Origin: Owenia fusiformis
Lineage: Eukaryota
Assembly: GCA_903813345.2 (NCBI GenBank)
Contig: CAIIXF020000001.1
Coordinates: 41,478,001 to 41,542,000, forward strand
Length of the DNA stretch: 64,000 nucleotides
Direction of reading: 5' to 3'
This document shows, one piece after another, positions 13,701 to 24,114 of this stretch. Numbering within the stretch: position 1 is the first letter of the stretch; each line of letters opens with the position of its first letter. A program made the position numbers and the translations under genes. The notes below the pieces were generated by a model. That model was not told the DNA's origin, ran no database searches, and saw only the letters and a program-made list of their open reading frames with translations.

Positions 13701-16700
13701 CTCTGCTTGTCTGCTCTGCTCTCTGATATACTCGGCTCTGCTCTCTGCTATGCTCTGCTCTCTGCAATACTCTGCTCTGGAACTTGGTTCTACTCTAGCT
13801 GCTTCAGGAATCGCCTGACCTCACGATTAATCTCTGCTCACTTCTTCTCAGGATATACCTCTGTCTTGAACGAGATCCACACACTGGGAGTACCTTCAGC
13901 TCCGGGAATCGCCTCTTCTCAGTAGTAACCTCTACTCTTGAACGAGATCCACACACTGCTCGTACCTCAGCCCCGGGAATCGCCTCGTCTCTGGAGTAAC
14001 CTCTACTCAAAGAGTGCTCTCACTCTATGAGCTATAATGTCTCTTAGAAGGGGTCCAGGCTCCGGGAGTAACCTCTGCTCTCAGAGTCACCTCTTCTCAG
14101 GATATACCTCTCTACAACCTCTGCTCAATTCACTCTTGAGCTACACTGTCTCTTGGAAGGGGTCCAGGCTCCGGGAGTATCCTCTGCTCTTGGAGTCGTC
14201 ACTTCTCAGGAGAAACCTCTGCTCTCCAACGAGATCCACACACTGGGAGTACCTCAGCTCCGGGAATCGCCTCGTCTCAGGAGTAACCTCTGCTCTTGAA
14301 CGAGATCCACACACTGCTAGTACCTCAGCCCCGGGAATCGCCTCGTCTCAGGAGTAACCTCTACTCAAAAAGTGCTCTCACTCAATGAGCTACACTGTCT
14401 CCAAAGAGTAACCTCTGCTCTCGGTGTCACCGCTTCGCAGGAGCAACCTCACTACAACCTCTGTAGAGAATAACAACTCTAGAATGTCGATCAAAGGATG
14501 AGATTAGACAGAGCTGTTATCTCTCGCCTTGGAGCACCTCAGTTCCGGTAATGTAACCTTGGCTCCGATGAGAGTAAACCTTCCTCAACATACAACCTTG
14601 GGTGAGAGTCAGATCGCCTCGACAAAGTAGGAGCATTTATAGCTTGGAGGGGTAATGACTAGGAGCCACCAATACTCAGAGCAGAATGACTCACGAATAT
14701 CGATCAAAGAAATGAGATTAGACAGAGCCAAATAAACTCAGAGAATCTGGAGCTCAAAACTTCTCAAAATGACGTCACTTCCTTCAAAATCAAAGATGGC
14801 CGACCGCCGGGGATTGTGGGAACAAGAAAGCAAGATGGCGGACAGCTAATTACCCATTTTATGCCAACCTCAATCAAGAAAATGGCTAACTCACCAAAAC
14901 ACTGGCTGTTGTCTTGTATTTTCTTCAATAGTCGCACCAAATACAATCTGCATCTAACGATTACTGCAACTAATCCAATATATCCAAAATAATGCTCTAA
15001 TAAGTCCACAGATTAAATAAAACACGCTTGCACATAAATAAATCCAAACTGACGAGGTCTTGTATCTTCAAGATCTTAGTTTACTCTGATTCACGTGGTT
15101 AATTGCAAACAATAAAATCCAGACACCTCAAGTTGCATCATGGGAAAACTACAACTTAAGTTGGAGGGAAATTCAAATAAAAGAATCTGATTTGCTGATC
15201 ACCGGTTGCTGGGTACTTAATTATTCTAATTTATTCCACTACAGTCTGCTGATCCTGTAAACATCCCAGTGCTTACGTGACATTCTGCATGTACACATTT
15301 GAGCCATTTAACTCTCTGAAAGAGTCGACTGACTCCAAATATAAAAGTACAAAATTAAACAAAAAATGAAAATCACAATTTTGTCACAATATAATCATTC
15401 AAACAATTTTGATTAAACTGTTTATTGAATAATATATTGGGTGTCCCAAAAAATTGAAATGCTTTCTTAGTAAGTTCTATAAATATAAAAGAGTTCGGTC
15501 ACATACATGTATTATGCAAGTATTCTCAAATTAAAAACATCATCCCAAAATATTCAATATATCAATTGAAAAGTCACTTATGTCTGAAATAAGCTAGTTT
15601 TTCCAAGCAGAAACTCGTGTGTATTTTTCAATCACATCCAATGACATAATTATTCCTTCCTTTAATGTATGTTGGATGTAGTGCATTTTTGTTCATAAGT
15701 ATATTTACAGTAACATGTCTTTATCTCTTGCCCTTACAGCAGTACCTCATCATTTATCCCTTAAAGGCATATTTTATCCAATCAAACTGAAATTTTGGAC
15801 AGAACATATTTTAGAAAAAGACAACAATGAAACAAATTAATATACTTGACACACACAAGCTGTTCGAGATTAAAACTGAATGACAGATGCTATCACCTGA
15901 TAGCCTCCACAATTGTTATGGAGGTATCATTGTTCAGCTCTGATATTGGATTTTTGAAATGCAGTTTTAAGTTTCATTTCACACATAATATCAGGCCTGT
16001 CAACTGTCCCGCAATTTGCGTATTTGTCACGCATTTGCTGAAGAATTTGAAGTCACGCCAGTTATTTTTGCGTGACAGAAAATGTCACGCAAATACGCAT
16101 TTTACCTGGTAATTGTCAAGCAAAAATGTTTCTGTAGAAAAATTTCCAAAAAAGATCGTCTACACAGAAAAAATACGAACGCCGGAAAAAAATGTACGCA
16201 TTTAGTTCAGTCTTTTCACGCGAATTACGTATATGTCACGCATTCCGTTCGAAATTTTTGCGTACCTATTTGAGTCAACGATTGTTTAGAAAATACTTGT
16301 CAAAAAGCGGGTCAAAAGCTATTCATTTTTGGGACACCCGATGTATATACGTTGAATAATGTGATACTACAGGAATGGAAGCAAGTCCAACAAAATATGA
16401 GTCGAAGGGCAGAGTATGTGTGGAACAAGCAACAGTTTGAAGCAGTAAATCCACAGAATGTTGATTACTTATTAGGTAAGGAAGGGTATAGAATGCCAAT
16501 ACTTTTAGACAGTTGATTGCTTATTAGGGTAAGAGTATGTTTAGATGAACAATATTAATTATGCGATAGATACATTGACTGTTGATACTTATTCTAAAGA
16601 AGTGTATGTCTGGTGCCGAGGACAGAATCATTAGCAAGTTATATTACAGATATTATTCACAAAACTTACTGTTAAATATGCATTAGATATGTTTTTAAAC

Positions 16701-19700
16701 AAATACAATAACCTAGATGTAGTAAGTAGGTCGTTGCCAGTTGACAATTACCCAAATGCGAGTAGGTAGTTACCATTTTCACCACCAGGTGGCTGATTCG
16801 GGTCAATTAACATGGCAGGTATATAAGAAAGTTCCCTTAAACTTGAATATTATCAATTTAGGTGGCTCAATTTTCATATAACCCTTATGTGTCTGATACT
16901 TATACTAATGAAAATATGTCCAGTAAAGCAAAATATAATCTATCCACTAAAAGAAAAGATGTTTCATTTTTTGTGATTTTATAGCATGTGGTCTATGGGG
17001 AATCTCCCCGAGCTAGAAGTCACATTTTCGAAGAAAATTAATTTTTCAAAGTTGATAAACACTTTTTAAAACCACATTTCTAGATGTAATTTTACATGTA
17101 GATTTCAAATATGATATTACTTTGACTGAATTTTGAATTTTTAATGACGTAAATCAAGATTATTTCTACTCGCATCTGGGTTATTATACAAATTAAAATA
17201 TGTGAAGTTAAAGAAAATATTATCTGTCCAATACAAGAAAAGATTTTCACTTTTTGGGATTGATGAAATCTCCCTAACCTAGAAGTTTCATTTCCATGTA
17301 AAAGTAAATTTTAAAACCACATTTGAAGATGTAATTTTTCATGTAGATTTCAAAATGTGATATAACCTTGACTGAATTTCGAATATTTTAATGACGTGAA
17401 TGCATCTAGTCTATTAAAGTAATATTGAATACACATATCTGTTTTGATGGGTAGAGAAACAATAAATTCTCTGAATCATGATTTGCCTCACCTCATAAGG
17501 TATAATTCTTCAATTCCCATGTTTTATCATTTTTTCAGGAATGTTTGCTCCTGTCCATCTTGACTTTGAACTGGATCGGGAGGAGACAATGTCGCAACCA
17601 TCTCTCAAAGACCTCACTGCTAAAGCTTTGGACATATTGAAGAAAGATAACAAAGGCTACTTCTTAATGGTGGAAGGTATGGCAATTGTACAGTGGTAAA
17701 CATACATATAGTGATATTTTAGGCCTACATTTTATAACGAGGTCTATTGAAGTAAGATGAGCATATCAATATGTAAAGTACAATGTATAAGGTTTGAGAG
17801 CTCTAAAAATGATGATGAAAAAATCCATAATCCTCTGATAAACCATATGCCTTATTTCAAAATGATTTCATTTAATGTGAAAGAAACAAATGTACAAGTG
17901 AGTACTGTTGAGATATTTGTTTACAATTGAAATGAATATATTTGTATGTTTATAATAGGTGGGAGAATAGACCATGCTCATCACAGTGGAAATGCAAAGC
18001 GCTCATTGGCTGATGGAGCCATGTTTGATGAGGCGATTGGTTATGCAAAGGACAATACTGACCAATCGGATACCCTTATCATAGTCACTGCTGATCACTC
18101 ACATACATTCACCATTGGGGGTTACCCATCCAGAGGAAATGATTTATTTGGTAAGATTTGCGAATGTACCTCTAAGACCAAAATTTAAAACTTGTTTGTT
18201 TCATTGAAATATGGGAAAAAATATATCCATGATCAAGCATATGACATTTTTATGTCACCATCACAAGTGGTGACATTTTGTAAAAGTCTTTTTCGGTCTT
18301 TGGTGGTTGGTGTTTGTTATAAAATTTTGCATAACACTACATAACACACATCCTAATTTTATTTAATGTATCCTACACATGTACACATCCTAATTTTGTT
18401 TTATGTATTGTAAAATGCATTTTACATGATTATACTCATTGAAACCAATTAATATTGTACAGGGTGAGCCAAGAAAATGTAACCCAAACAAATGTTAATA
18501 ACTCATTAAAGAAATGGTTTAGTTGTTACAATTTTATGAAAATGTTTTTAAAAAAGACTGTTGTTCAGTATTTCCTAACTTAATAAGCTAACTACTGTCG
18601 TTAAAATGATGATAAATTCAAACATTTGAAAAACAAATCAGGTTGATAACGTTTACAATGACCCAAAGGCTGTGAATAAGGACTCAAAGACATCAAAGCA
18701 AGATTTCTGTGCATGGTTCAGGAAAACAATTCATTATTTATAAAAGGTCATCCTATAAATAAAACTTTATTTGTCAGATCCTGAGTACAAATGTTTTCAA
18801 ATCCTTATTACACAACCTGAACTGATTGGCAAGCAGACACACAAATCAGTTATAAAAAAAGTGAAGCGCTTGATGGATAATTTTTTGTTTAAGCTCTTGT
18901 GGACAACTATACTTCAAACAAATATCCTACAGATGATATGCCATACACTTCCCTGGCCTATGCAAATGGACCTGGGTATGGGTTGAATCACACAACTGGC
19001 ATGAGACAAGACCTCACCAATATCGACACGAGTGAGTATACTGACACAGATGAGTACAGTTAAGATTACTCCCTACGTTAAATAACTGGAAGACAAAACC
19101 TCAACAGTATTGACACAAATGTCAACAGTTTGAATTACTAGTACTCCCGAAGTCAAACAATTAGAATGAGACAAAACCTAACCCATATTTATACAACTGA
19201 GTAAAGTATAGATTAATTATTTAAGTTAAACAATTAAAATGAGACAAAGCCTCCCGACACCAATATTGACAAAGGTGACAACAATACAGAATGGGTTTTC
19301 GTAAAACACCGACCGCCGACCACCGACCACCGACCAGTCACTCTCCACAGTTGGGTACATGTGGTCGGTGGTCGGCTGACGGTCTTTTACATAAGGATGA
19401 AAAAATGCAAAATTAGAAGTAAAACTAAAACTGGGAATCCAATGACTATAGTACCTTTACTAGGTCGTGATTTAAAAACGTATAATTATCATTTCAAATC
19501 ACGATGAAAACGTTACATCGTCGTGGTGTGTAATGTCATATTTTTAAGTGATGTTTCAGTTGTTAGAAGACCAATTTCATCCTGGTTAGTCACTTTGGAA
19601 AAAAACGCACGTAACATTGCATTAAGTTCATTCTTCATTCATATGAAACATGATAAACGCAATAACAAAAACACACAAACATCGTCGATGTTGACGTCGT

Positions 19701-20946
19701 AACGTTATGTTTGATTTCTCAGTTGTTAAACGTCAACTGGTAAAAACTACATTTGATATGACAAAAAAAAGCTTTCTAATGGTGTACTGAAATGGTAAGT
19801 CACTTTTAATCCCGATAAGAGAACGCATGTAACATTATATCATGTTCAGTATTCAGTAGGCTATGACGATAACAAATCATTTTTGTTTCGAAATTGTTAA
19901 ATTTCAGTAAAAAATTAGGATAGATTCCCGTAGAAACGATAGGTTGGTTAATGATAGGTTAGGACCTAAGGCAGGACAATTAATTGAGAGGAGACGGTCA
20001 TGACCAATTTGTTTGATTGCCATTCGTTGCAAGGTACAAAATCAGTAAAAAATGTTGCCTAGTCCAACGATTGACATTCAAAATCAAATTATTAATATTC
20101 TAAGGCTATACAAATATGTTCGGTCTTTTACATGATATGGTCGGTCTTTTACACATTTTCTTCAAACCCTGTTTTGAGGCTACCAGTGGAAAACACCGAC
20201 CGGTCGGTGGTCGGTGGGGTCGGTCTTTTCCGAAAACCCATACAGAAGATTGGCTAAATCAAAAAGGTGTGATTCCACCTAAGTGATAAGGTGACTAGGG
20301 AATTAAGCCAAATGCTATGTTTATCACATGCTAGAGCAGTAATGTGTTGTCAGAGAGCTGTTTGCTAAAATGTTGCCATGTAACTTAGATGCCAAGTGGT
20401 TGGAGCTTGCATATATTACCACTTAATTTGGCAACATGTCAGAACATGGAATGTTGGGACATGTCAGCCATGATTGACCTAAGTTGACAAAGAGTGAATA
20501 TTGAACAGGTATTTTGTCAAATCAAGCAATCAGTAATAACTGATGATTTTAGCTGTTTTGAAAAATTATGATTTTTACCATCTGGTTATGTCCAAGAATC
20601 TCTAATAATTCTATATGTATTGTTTTCAGCTGATAAAGAATTCCTCCAACAGTCTGCTGTGCCCACTAATTCAGAGTCCCATGGGGGAGAGGATGTTGCA
20701 GTAATGGCCCATGGTCCTATGTCCCATCTATTTACTGGTGTCTATGAACAGAACTATATAGCACATACTATGGCGTATGCCTCGTGCGTAGGAGCAAATA
20801 AGGAACACTGTAATAGTGTACCCACAACAGAAGCCCCTTGTAAGCCTACAGGGGCAGGACATTCCATTAAGCCATCGTTAATGACAGTGCTTTCATGCAT
20901 TCTTTCAATTTCATTATCCCAGGGAACGAAGTTCAAGGGGATATAG
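1768..20946 (+). CDS. ALP: Alkaline phosphatase (tissue-nonspecific/ALPL-like), multi-exon, 5'-partial. Exons 1768-1988, 2268-2442, 3626-3792, 4094-4198, 16373-16475, 17539-17676, 17959-18150, 18894-19031, 20630-20946
   Basis: All exons have AG/GT boundaries with consistent phases and give ~517 aa. Motifs: [23 protein letters not shown] (catalytic Ser), [65 protein letters not shown]. The signal-peptide exon was not found in the window. Confidence 0.95.
2628..3524. mobile_element. Tc1/mariner-type MITE in ALP intron
   Basis: TIR cagggtgagccaaagaaatgtaacc ... ggttacatttctttggctcaccctg, flanked by TA on both sides. A solo end of the same family is at ~18460-18505. Confidence 0.85.
4286..6317 (-). 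repeat. 3' LTR (2032 bp)
   Basis: Matches 13357-15388 at a constant offset of 9071. Only two differences were seen by eye (4845/13916 and 4852/13923). Confidence 0.97.
5565..5770 (-). promoter_or_regulatory. Putative LTR U3 promoter elements (copy in 5' LTR at +9071)
   Basis: TATAAAT on the - strand at ~5565-5571, palindromic CRE TGACGTCA at 5699-5706, and YY1-like AAGATGGC motifs at ~5722 and ~5761. Motif matches only. Confidence 0.4.
6318..6329 (-). other. Polypurine tract (PPT)
   Basis: GGAAGGAGGGAG on the - strand directly abuts the 3' LTR. Confidence 0.9.
6516..13319 (-). CDS. Gag-Pol polyprotein, 2267 aa, single ORF
   Basis: Capsid-like region ([14 protein letters not shown]...LRGDAQ), two CCHC knuckles ([28 protein letters not shown]), protease FLIDTGA, RT ([20 protein letters not shown]), RNase H (LDTDAS, RTDH), integrase HHCC + D-D-E ([20 protein letters not shown]) and GPY/F (WIGPY). 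Confidence 0.98.
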   Translation of the reverse strand: MERSMEMSEAGRSPMGIPKGRTLRRTPEPDDTVVFKGGPRNLELETQDTLPLEPRDSVLDPEKYGAMGGAERCLHLPEQRPWPRGAQDSTGYWSESRMQSRMQSEFTPSKFRTTGVLGRQDQPLPVTSTEIKSDRGVSRKPTSSEYAQKKSKLELIKVEQDVESLKQDVLGIKDELVSQTFQTRQQLHHQEEKLTQGQEEMKLDLTRQMGQIHETLVNLAPSIASSRSSTPRRRSHTDLREKEIEADMMNEGVAEKQLRETTRKLSLITHEENPQLSAARWQEQLLMPATRRGPPRLPEPLQSWREERPPRLEMPEREIWQRIPGTHADEPRSRISFPEIKTPERSNVPETAKWAEHQQQPSYCPMPVDDQEMEARGSKSCPVPRLPEAPVGMFPVSKPWSLRRQDRMFIPAERPETQPVGVSPERRPAPTIPDQDTTEGVHGKLVEKSRDSAAEETNRALLLAEQAMQMCKSNNEQLVKALSSSNTEKKTKIKPTQLFDGKTPWLDYKVYFQNCIDCNGWSDEEKRQQLTNQLRGDAQQVVQELEQGHSYDELLEALTKRFGPGEKASMYEAELNTRTRKPKESLQSLGQSIRRLAALAYPEMPRSSQDRLARKCYENAITDDEVRAAVHRRDPKSLDQAIEEAQKEEAYLESERIRKGLKPKQRDHHIAAVTDDSQRDELLKMMKEFQQGIQKGMQEGLKEIAGAVKASKEKREPFICRKCGEEGHTVKRCPLIICFNCSEAGHMAVECRRPKKRRERGNDHSQANSSSTVNPVHFLDRNGQEVTNPERADNVGKVVAMVKICGVTMEFLIDTGAVVSLMSLHSFNRIYYRDRPKLKSAKDVLLQADGSPLASYGSCNLEVDLDGRITPLDITIAEIGQDGILGTDYLMASKANIKYGSLQMNFQDPEDSLEANTQGEVQSCSSSLLRETSPSSIRKLESSQTPSPETSEKQREQEEKVLLTDSDEDEVTCVPESDVEDDDQPSECLPGLGKLLDSRGTAGVSIMAPDTVIKEPAVSTPDTEREDSCNPTVLVCGREDYLVCTVAEGVEVPPFSKQMVTLRVEGAEDSNIDGVLEQAPKWTTRDLELVSGLIHTENGLSSAEVWNDSPLPLYVGEGRLIGHFTSSIDGVYTMPEQTRGVNQVTWRDESLDHPLPSRVMEDEQCILDVKTEDGMRGAALESRAPDVHQEIKLPEYLQDLMQRSTEGLQEHQKEAVKRLLYSYQDVFAATDGDLGRTTWARHSIPTGDAQPIKQSYRRLAPGRQEEVDSQIQDLLKRGVIEDSQSPWSSPIVLVKKKDGTWRLCVDYRKLNSVTKKDAFPIPNIAETLDLMGACDYFSSLDLCSGYWQLEVDPADREKTAFSVRGGQYQWVVMPFGLTGAPSTFSRLMEKVLHGLTLRTSLVYLDDVITYADKFEVAVERLQEIFGRFREAGLRLKPSKCSLFRRKVEFLGHIVSRDGVTPNPAKVEQILQYPIPNTLKQVRQFLGGVSYYRRHIKDFAHIAGPLHDLTKKNAVFIWTHDCQKAMDELKQRLVTAPIMGYPQNGCTYILDTDASLEAIGAVLSQEQDGEEKVLYYASKRLNRQERNYCVTRRELLAVVNYTKYFKQYLYGVRFRLRTDHSSLRWLVNFKEPEGQLARWIQSLQEFQYEVEYRPGEKHQNADLMSRVPCKQCSHCNGQCVTTEADDTLDDVVLAVSLKPEWTLERIAEAQREDVNLAPLLKVFESGKAQIPWEQISSKSTVTKSLWNQWDRLRMEKGVLCRLWESEDGSKQQYQVVTPAVLQPRILELSHSAKTAGHYGVKRTLARCRERFYWVELSSDVRSYCRACQICSSRRNPRPTRKAPLQQVRVGAPMERWGIDVLGPFPMTPRGNTVLLVCVDHFTKWPEVFPLPDQKAPTVASKLVDEVCCRWGIPKQLHSDQGRNFESTVFGEVCKLMGVEKTRTTPFHPESNGLVERYNGTLVDNIVKLLAPAYEQDDWDLQVPIALMAYRTSVHEATGETPSMMMVGREMCAPMEQMIETPVLPPLETDYALSLRQRMEVVHERARTQLDLASERQKSRYNRSADQREYQLGDPVWLRNKQRRVGKSPKLQPRWIGPYQIVGRLSPVIYRIKEKKTGKPKVVHQNLLKPFECKLPATWSRWISADEEPECAPLPEQPLTDLTRVEDETPSLRKRKMDSESLSSPSPKKVKPKVRRKKANEGKVVESKSSFREELPRKSEDSSMDDHERSELQQSSREKKPPRSTRRRHVPTYLKDYSCVVSAPADIRD
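13337..13355 (-). other. Primer-binding site complementary to tRNA-Leu
   Basis: The - strand reads TGGTGGCAGCGGTGGGATT one base after the 5' LTR. This is complementary to the ...AATCCCACCGCTGCCA-CCA 3' end I recall for metazoan tRNA-Leu(AAG/TAG). Confidence 0.85.
13357..15388 (-). repeat. 5' LTR (2032 bp)
   Basis: TG...CA ends, adjacent to the PBS, near-identical to 4286-6317. Confidence 0.97.
15435..16343. mobile_element. Tc1/mariner-type MITE
   Basis: TIR tattgggtgtcccaaaaa ... tttttgggacacccgatg with TA flanks. A CG-richer segment at ~15992-16272 may be a nested insertion. Confidence 0.75.
16750..17182. mobile_element. MITE family B, copy 1
   Basis: TIR acccaaatgcgagtag ... ctactcgcatctgggt. 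A near-identical inverted copy is at 22557-22989. Confidence 0.85.
19293..20239. mobile_element. MULE/Mutator-like MITE
   Basis: TIR gggttttcg(t/g)aaa ... with ccgacca subterminal repeats. 9-bp TSD atacagaat/atacagaag (one mismatch). Confidence 0.8.
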
Positions 20947-21420
20947 AGAAGCTGTCTGTTCTTCCGCTCGTCCGTTGGTTTGTTCCTTCATCCAGGCCAT
21001 AACTCAAATACTGATTTAAATTTTATAGGTTTATGCCTTATAGGTGTAGGATATGTGCTCGAGAAGGAATTCTCAATATGACCGATCAATTTAAAGTGGC
21101 CACCATTTTTCGTACAAAACGTAATCTTTGAAAATTCAAATACTAGATGACTAATTTGGTTCAAATTTTAAATGCTGATTTGTTAACTCAAATACCAGTG
21201 GAGGGATTAGGTTCAAATTCTAAATGCTGATGTCTATGCACAAAGGAGCTCTGCTTGAGAAGAATCTATACATAATATATTAAAGAATCTTTGATAGCTC
21301 AAACACCAGTTGAATTTGGTTCAAATTTTATATGCTAAAGCCTCAGCACAAGGAGGGGGCAACAAGCTCTGTTCAAGAAGAAATTTCATAGCTGCTATTT
21401 ATCAAAACTCTTTTCTTGTC
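20914..21420 (+). mobile_element. Degenerate Helentron/HINE-like element overlapping the ALP stop codon
   Basis: The 5' end ttatcccagggaacgaagttcaaggggatatag, the GTCC-like tract and the internal units (ataactcaaatac...tttggttcaaatttta) match the element at 53262-54580. The 3' end is uncertain. Confidence 0.8.
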
Positions 21421-22556
21421 ATGATATCGTTTTACAGAGTGACAGCCAGCTTTTGCTTTTGTGTGCGCCTTTGTAATTGATGAAAAGAATGAGGTACACC
21501 GACCTGGTTCAATGCACATAGGTTTAATGGTTTTCTATTTAATGTGCATTCCTGTGCTATTGGTATTGGTTTTCGGTAACAATGGGCTTTATACCATTAT
21601 ACCGAAAAGCATTACACCAACGTGCACCGAAAGGTGTTATATAGTACCGAATGCCACAACACCGACTTGCATTATTTCCAAAGGTGCTGAAAGCCATAAT
21701 AACGACATGCATAATATCAAAAAAAAAATTCTGAATGACTAGAAGTGTTTATTTCTGCTTGCACATTTTTCCAGTATGTATTGTATTGATATGTTCAATT
21801 AACCAAATGTAATGATGTCATTCACTCAAAGCCATTGCAGACATATTTACAAGGAAAGAAAATACAGATAAGGCAGAAACTCGATTAAAAAATAGGTGTA
21901 CGAGACAAGTTGATAAGTGTGATAAATACTTAAATAAACAGTAAAGTCAGGTCAGAGAAAAAACCTTCGCGCTTGCAAGGAAAATTTTCTTGAAATTTTT
22001 AGGCCCATTTACTTCAAAAAGAGTGGTATCAATATGGAGAACTTTTTGAACACACACTTCTCTTAATCCAGTCTTAAAAAAATCTAAAAATTTAACACAT
22101 CATCAATTTATGGTCATCTTTTGAATGGTAACAATATCATTGGAAAAATATATATAATACTTCCATCTATATTGTTTTAGAAAGCACATCAAACACTTTT
22201 TTTGTTCTTGGTATCATGTTTCCAGAGTGAAATGAAACATCTTTCGGAACCTCATTGGAACAAAACAACATAAAACATGTTTAGGTCTCTCAATATTGTA
22301 ATTGTACAATAGAAAATTTGGTTGATTTTAAAAAAGTATCTTTTTAATGAAATAAAAGGTTTTATCTTGATTTTTATCTATTTTGGGGAGATTTTGTTTA
22401 ATTTTTGGAATACTTTTTTAAAATCAACCAAAAATTCCTTTGTATAACTATAATATTGAGAGGGCTAAAAAAATGTATATGCTATTTTGTTCCAACAAGG
22501 TTCGGAAAGACATTTTATTTCATTCTCAAGAATTGGTAGAAAGGAGCAAAAACAAT

Positions 22557-22989
22557 AACCCAGATGCGAGTAGAAATAATCTTGATTCATGTCATTAAAA
22601 ATTCAAAATTCAGTCAAAGTAATATCATATTTGAAAGCTACATGTATAATTACATCTAGAAATGTGGTTTTAAAAAGTGTTTATCAACTTTGAAAAATTA
22701 ATTTTCTTTGAAAATGTGACTTCTAGCTCGGGCAGATTCCCCTTAGACCCCATGCTATAAAATCACAAAAAATGAAATATCTTTTATTTAGTAGACAGAT
22801 AATATTTTGCTTTACTGGACATATTTTCATTAGTATAAGAATCAGAAACATAAGGGTTACATAAAAATTGAGCCACTTAAATTGATAATATTCAAGTTTA
22901 AGGGAACTTTCTTATATACCTGCCATGTTAATTGACCCGAATCAGCCACCTGGTGGTGAAACTGGTAACTACCTACTCGCATTTGGGTA
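22557..22989. mobile_element. MITE family B, copy 2
   Basis: Reverse complement of 16750-17182. Inserted in the host sequence aacaattgcac with an AAT (or AT) duplication. Confidence 0.85.
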
Positions 22990-24114
22990 ATTGCACTAAA
23001 AAACAAAAACTGTGAACAAAAACAGTTAACTCCTTCATGACTGACAATTTTGGGGAAAATGGAAAGAAATGAAAAACTGAAATGTAAATGAATCTAGAAG
23101 CAAGAAAAGGAAGCAACACCCAATAAGTTTTATGTCATTTTGAAGGGCTATACCCACACTTTATGTTTTTTGAAAAAAATATGAATATGCAAATGAGATA
23201 GTGTCATTGTGACGTCATAACTCAAGATGGCGCAGTTGGATTTTTTTCAAAATATAATTATTTTAGCATTTAATTTTTTATTGAGACTTCAATTTTAAAA
23301 TCTGGAAACGCAGAATTACAGATCTTCTTATGCTGATTTCAGTGGTATTTACTCGGGGTGGAAGGTGTGAGAATTGTGCAAAAAATGACTTTGTGAGCTG
23401 GATGGAGTTTCTCTGTATTTTTCATTCTATTAGGGTTTCCTGCATAAGGGATTTCGCCTGCGAAGCATATAACTCTTGCGAACATATCTAAATATTGGTC
23501 CGAGGAAGACATACCTTGAATTTTTTAGAAAAAAATTGGCTAAAAATGGAAACTACAAAAAGTCAAAATGTTCAACTCAAACAAAACTCTAGCTATTTAA
23601 TATTAACACTATGTATTATTTAATGTTTTTCAGATGTTTAAGGACCTTCATTAGTGTACTTGTGTCTAGAAATAAGATAATTAAGGACAAAATTTGGCAT
23701 TTTTGATAATTTTCGCTTTCAGCAGTAACATATAGTTCCTTATATCTTGAGTTTAATGTTGACTGGTTGTTGCAATTTTGATTAAATCTGTGCTTGTACA
23801 TGTCTTCTTCCATTTAAGATACAAAAAATGTATATTGGACCACCAATGGTCATATTAGAGCTTTCAGATCTCCCCTACCCCATTTATTATGAAAAATTAC
23901 TGAAACATATGAAAATATAAAATAACTTGAATTTATAAACTTTAACAATGTTGTAACTATTCTATATCAATAATATGTATTATTTGATGTTTTTCAGATA
24001 TTTCAGAACCTTTATTGGTATACTAGTGCCTAGAAATGAGACATTTAAGGACAAAACTTGGCATTTTTTAAAATCATTTTAGCTTTCAGCAGTAACATAT
24101 AGTTCCTCATATAT

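Larger units (their letters stand above)
4286..15388 (-). mobile_element. Full-length Ty3/gypsy LTR retrotransposon (11,103 bp), antisense in ALP intron
   Basis: Two 2032-bp direct repeats with TG...CA ends, 4-bp TSD ATAT (4282-4285 and 15389-15392), PBS, PPT and an intact ORF with domain order PR-RT-RH-IN. Confidence 0.98.

Noticed and set aside
21461..21742. 93-aa ORF with a hydrophobic stretch downstream of ALP
   Set aside because: Non-ATG start, overlaps a repeat-like fragment, and has no known motif or splice support.
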